This document shows positions 63,682 to 64,000 of a DNA stretch of 64,000 nucleotides, piece after piece; the stretch's first letter is position 1, and each line of letters opens with the position of its first letter. Position numbers and translations under genes: made by a program. The DNA comes from Paragordius varius (Eukaryota; Animalia; Nematomorpha). The notes under the pieces are model-generated. The model was not told the DNA's origin and searched no databases. It saw only the letters and a list, made by a program, of their open reading frames with translations. Where the stretch lies: positions 9,734,001 to 9,798,000 of the forward strand of contig OZ176054.1 in the NCBI GenBank assembly GCA_964247055.1, in the 5' to 3' direction.

Positions 63682-63839
63682 GCGTTCAATATCTACCACC
63701 GTATCTAGTATGGTTTTATTTCTGGTTTTCAGGAAGATGTAATATTCATTAGCTGGGTTCAAATCCAAAAGTTTTGTGCAGATTTCCAAAGTGTTGTCTT
63801 TGATACAGCCATAATCATCTTTTAGTATATTCTCACTTT
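63682..63839 (-). CDS. Exon of plexin-like copy 2: SENILKDDYGCIKDNTLEICTKLLDLNPANEYYIFLKTRNKTILDTVVDIER
   Basis: AG acceptor and GTAAG donor, 158 bp, open, paralog of 14666-14823. Confidence 0.75.
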
Positions 63840-64000
63840 CTATAATTATATTAATTTATAATATTTGATAATTAGAGGAATTGGTTTAAACAACTATTTA
63901 TACGGATTCGAATTAAACGCCCAATTAATAAGGGGATCGATTAAATTATTTTTCGGGAATACTTACGATATGATTTTAGATACCACCCATTTTATTCAAA

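Larger units (their letters stand above)
54230..64000. repeat. Right copy of the segmental duplication (runs off the window)
   Basis: Colinear with 6270-14980 at an offset growing from ~47.7 to ~49.0 kb because of copy-specific insertions. Confidence 0.92.

Overview
Very AT-rich eukaryotic, almost certainly invertebrate animal, genomic DNA (roughly three-quarters A+T by eye). There are no prokaryotic features. Most of the window is a transposon graveyard: several hAT elements and hAT MITEs with 8-bp TSDs, Tc1/mariner-type foldback MITEs, one mariner transposase remnant, a full-length lightly damaged RTE LINE with a 12-bp TSD, and Jockey/I-type LINE, Gypsy and Penelope remnants. It also holds a tRNA-derived SINE, a Helitron-like element with an internal ~0.5-kb tandem repeat, a ~350-bp tandem array and a ~480-bp (ATGT)n tract. 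The main non-TE signal is an old tandem duplication (6270-14980 vs 54230-64000) carrying matching minus-strand exons. From motif recall, not a database search, these exons read as a highly divergent plexin-like receptor: IPT/TIG-like exons, then a juxtamembrane 'D..TYA....PG' exon, then GAP-like and C-terminal 'KY' exons. Both copies carry nonsense or frameshift lesions and look like decaying paralogs. Between them lie three clean, phase-compatible minus-strand exons of an unidentified gene with an acidic C-terminus. All alignments were done by eye, and protein family calls need HMM/BLAST confirmation.
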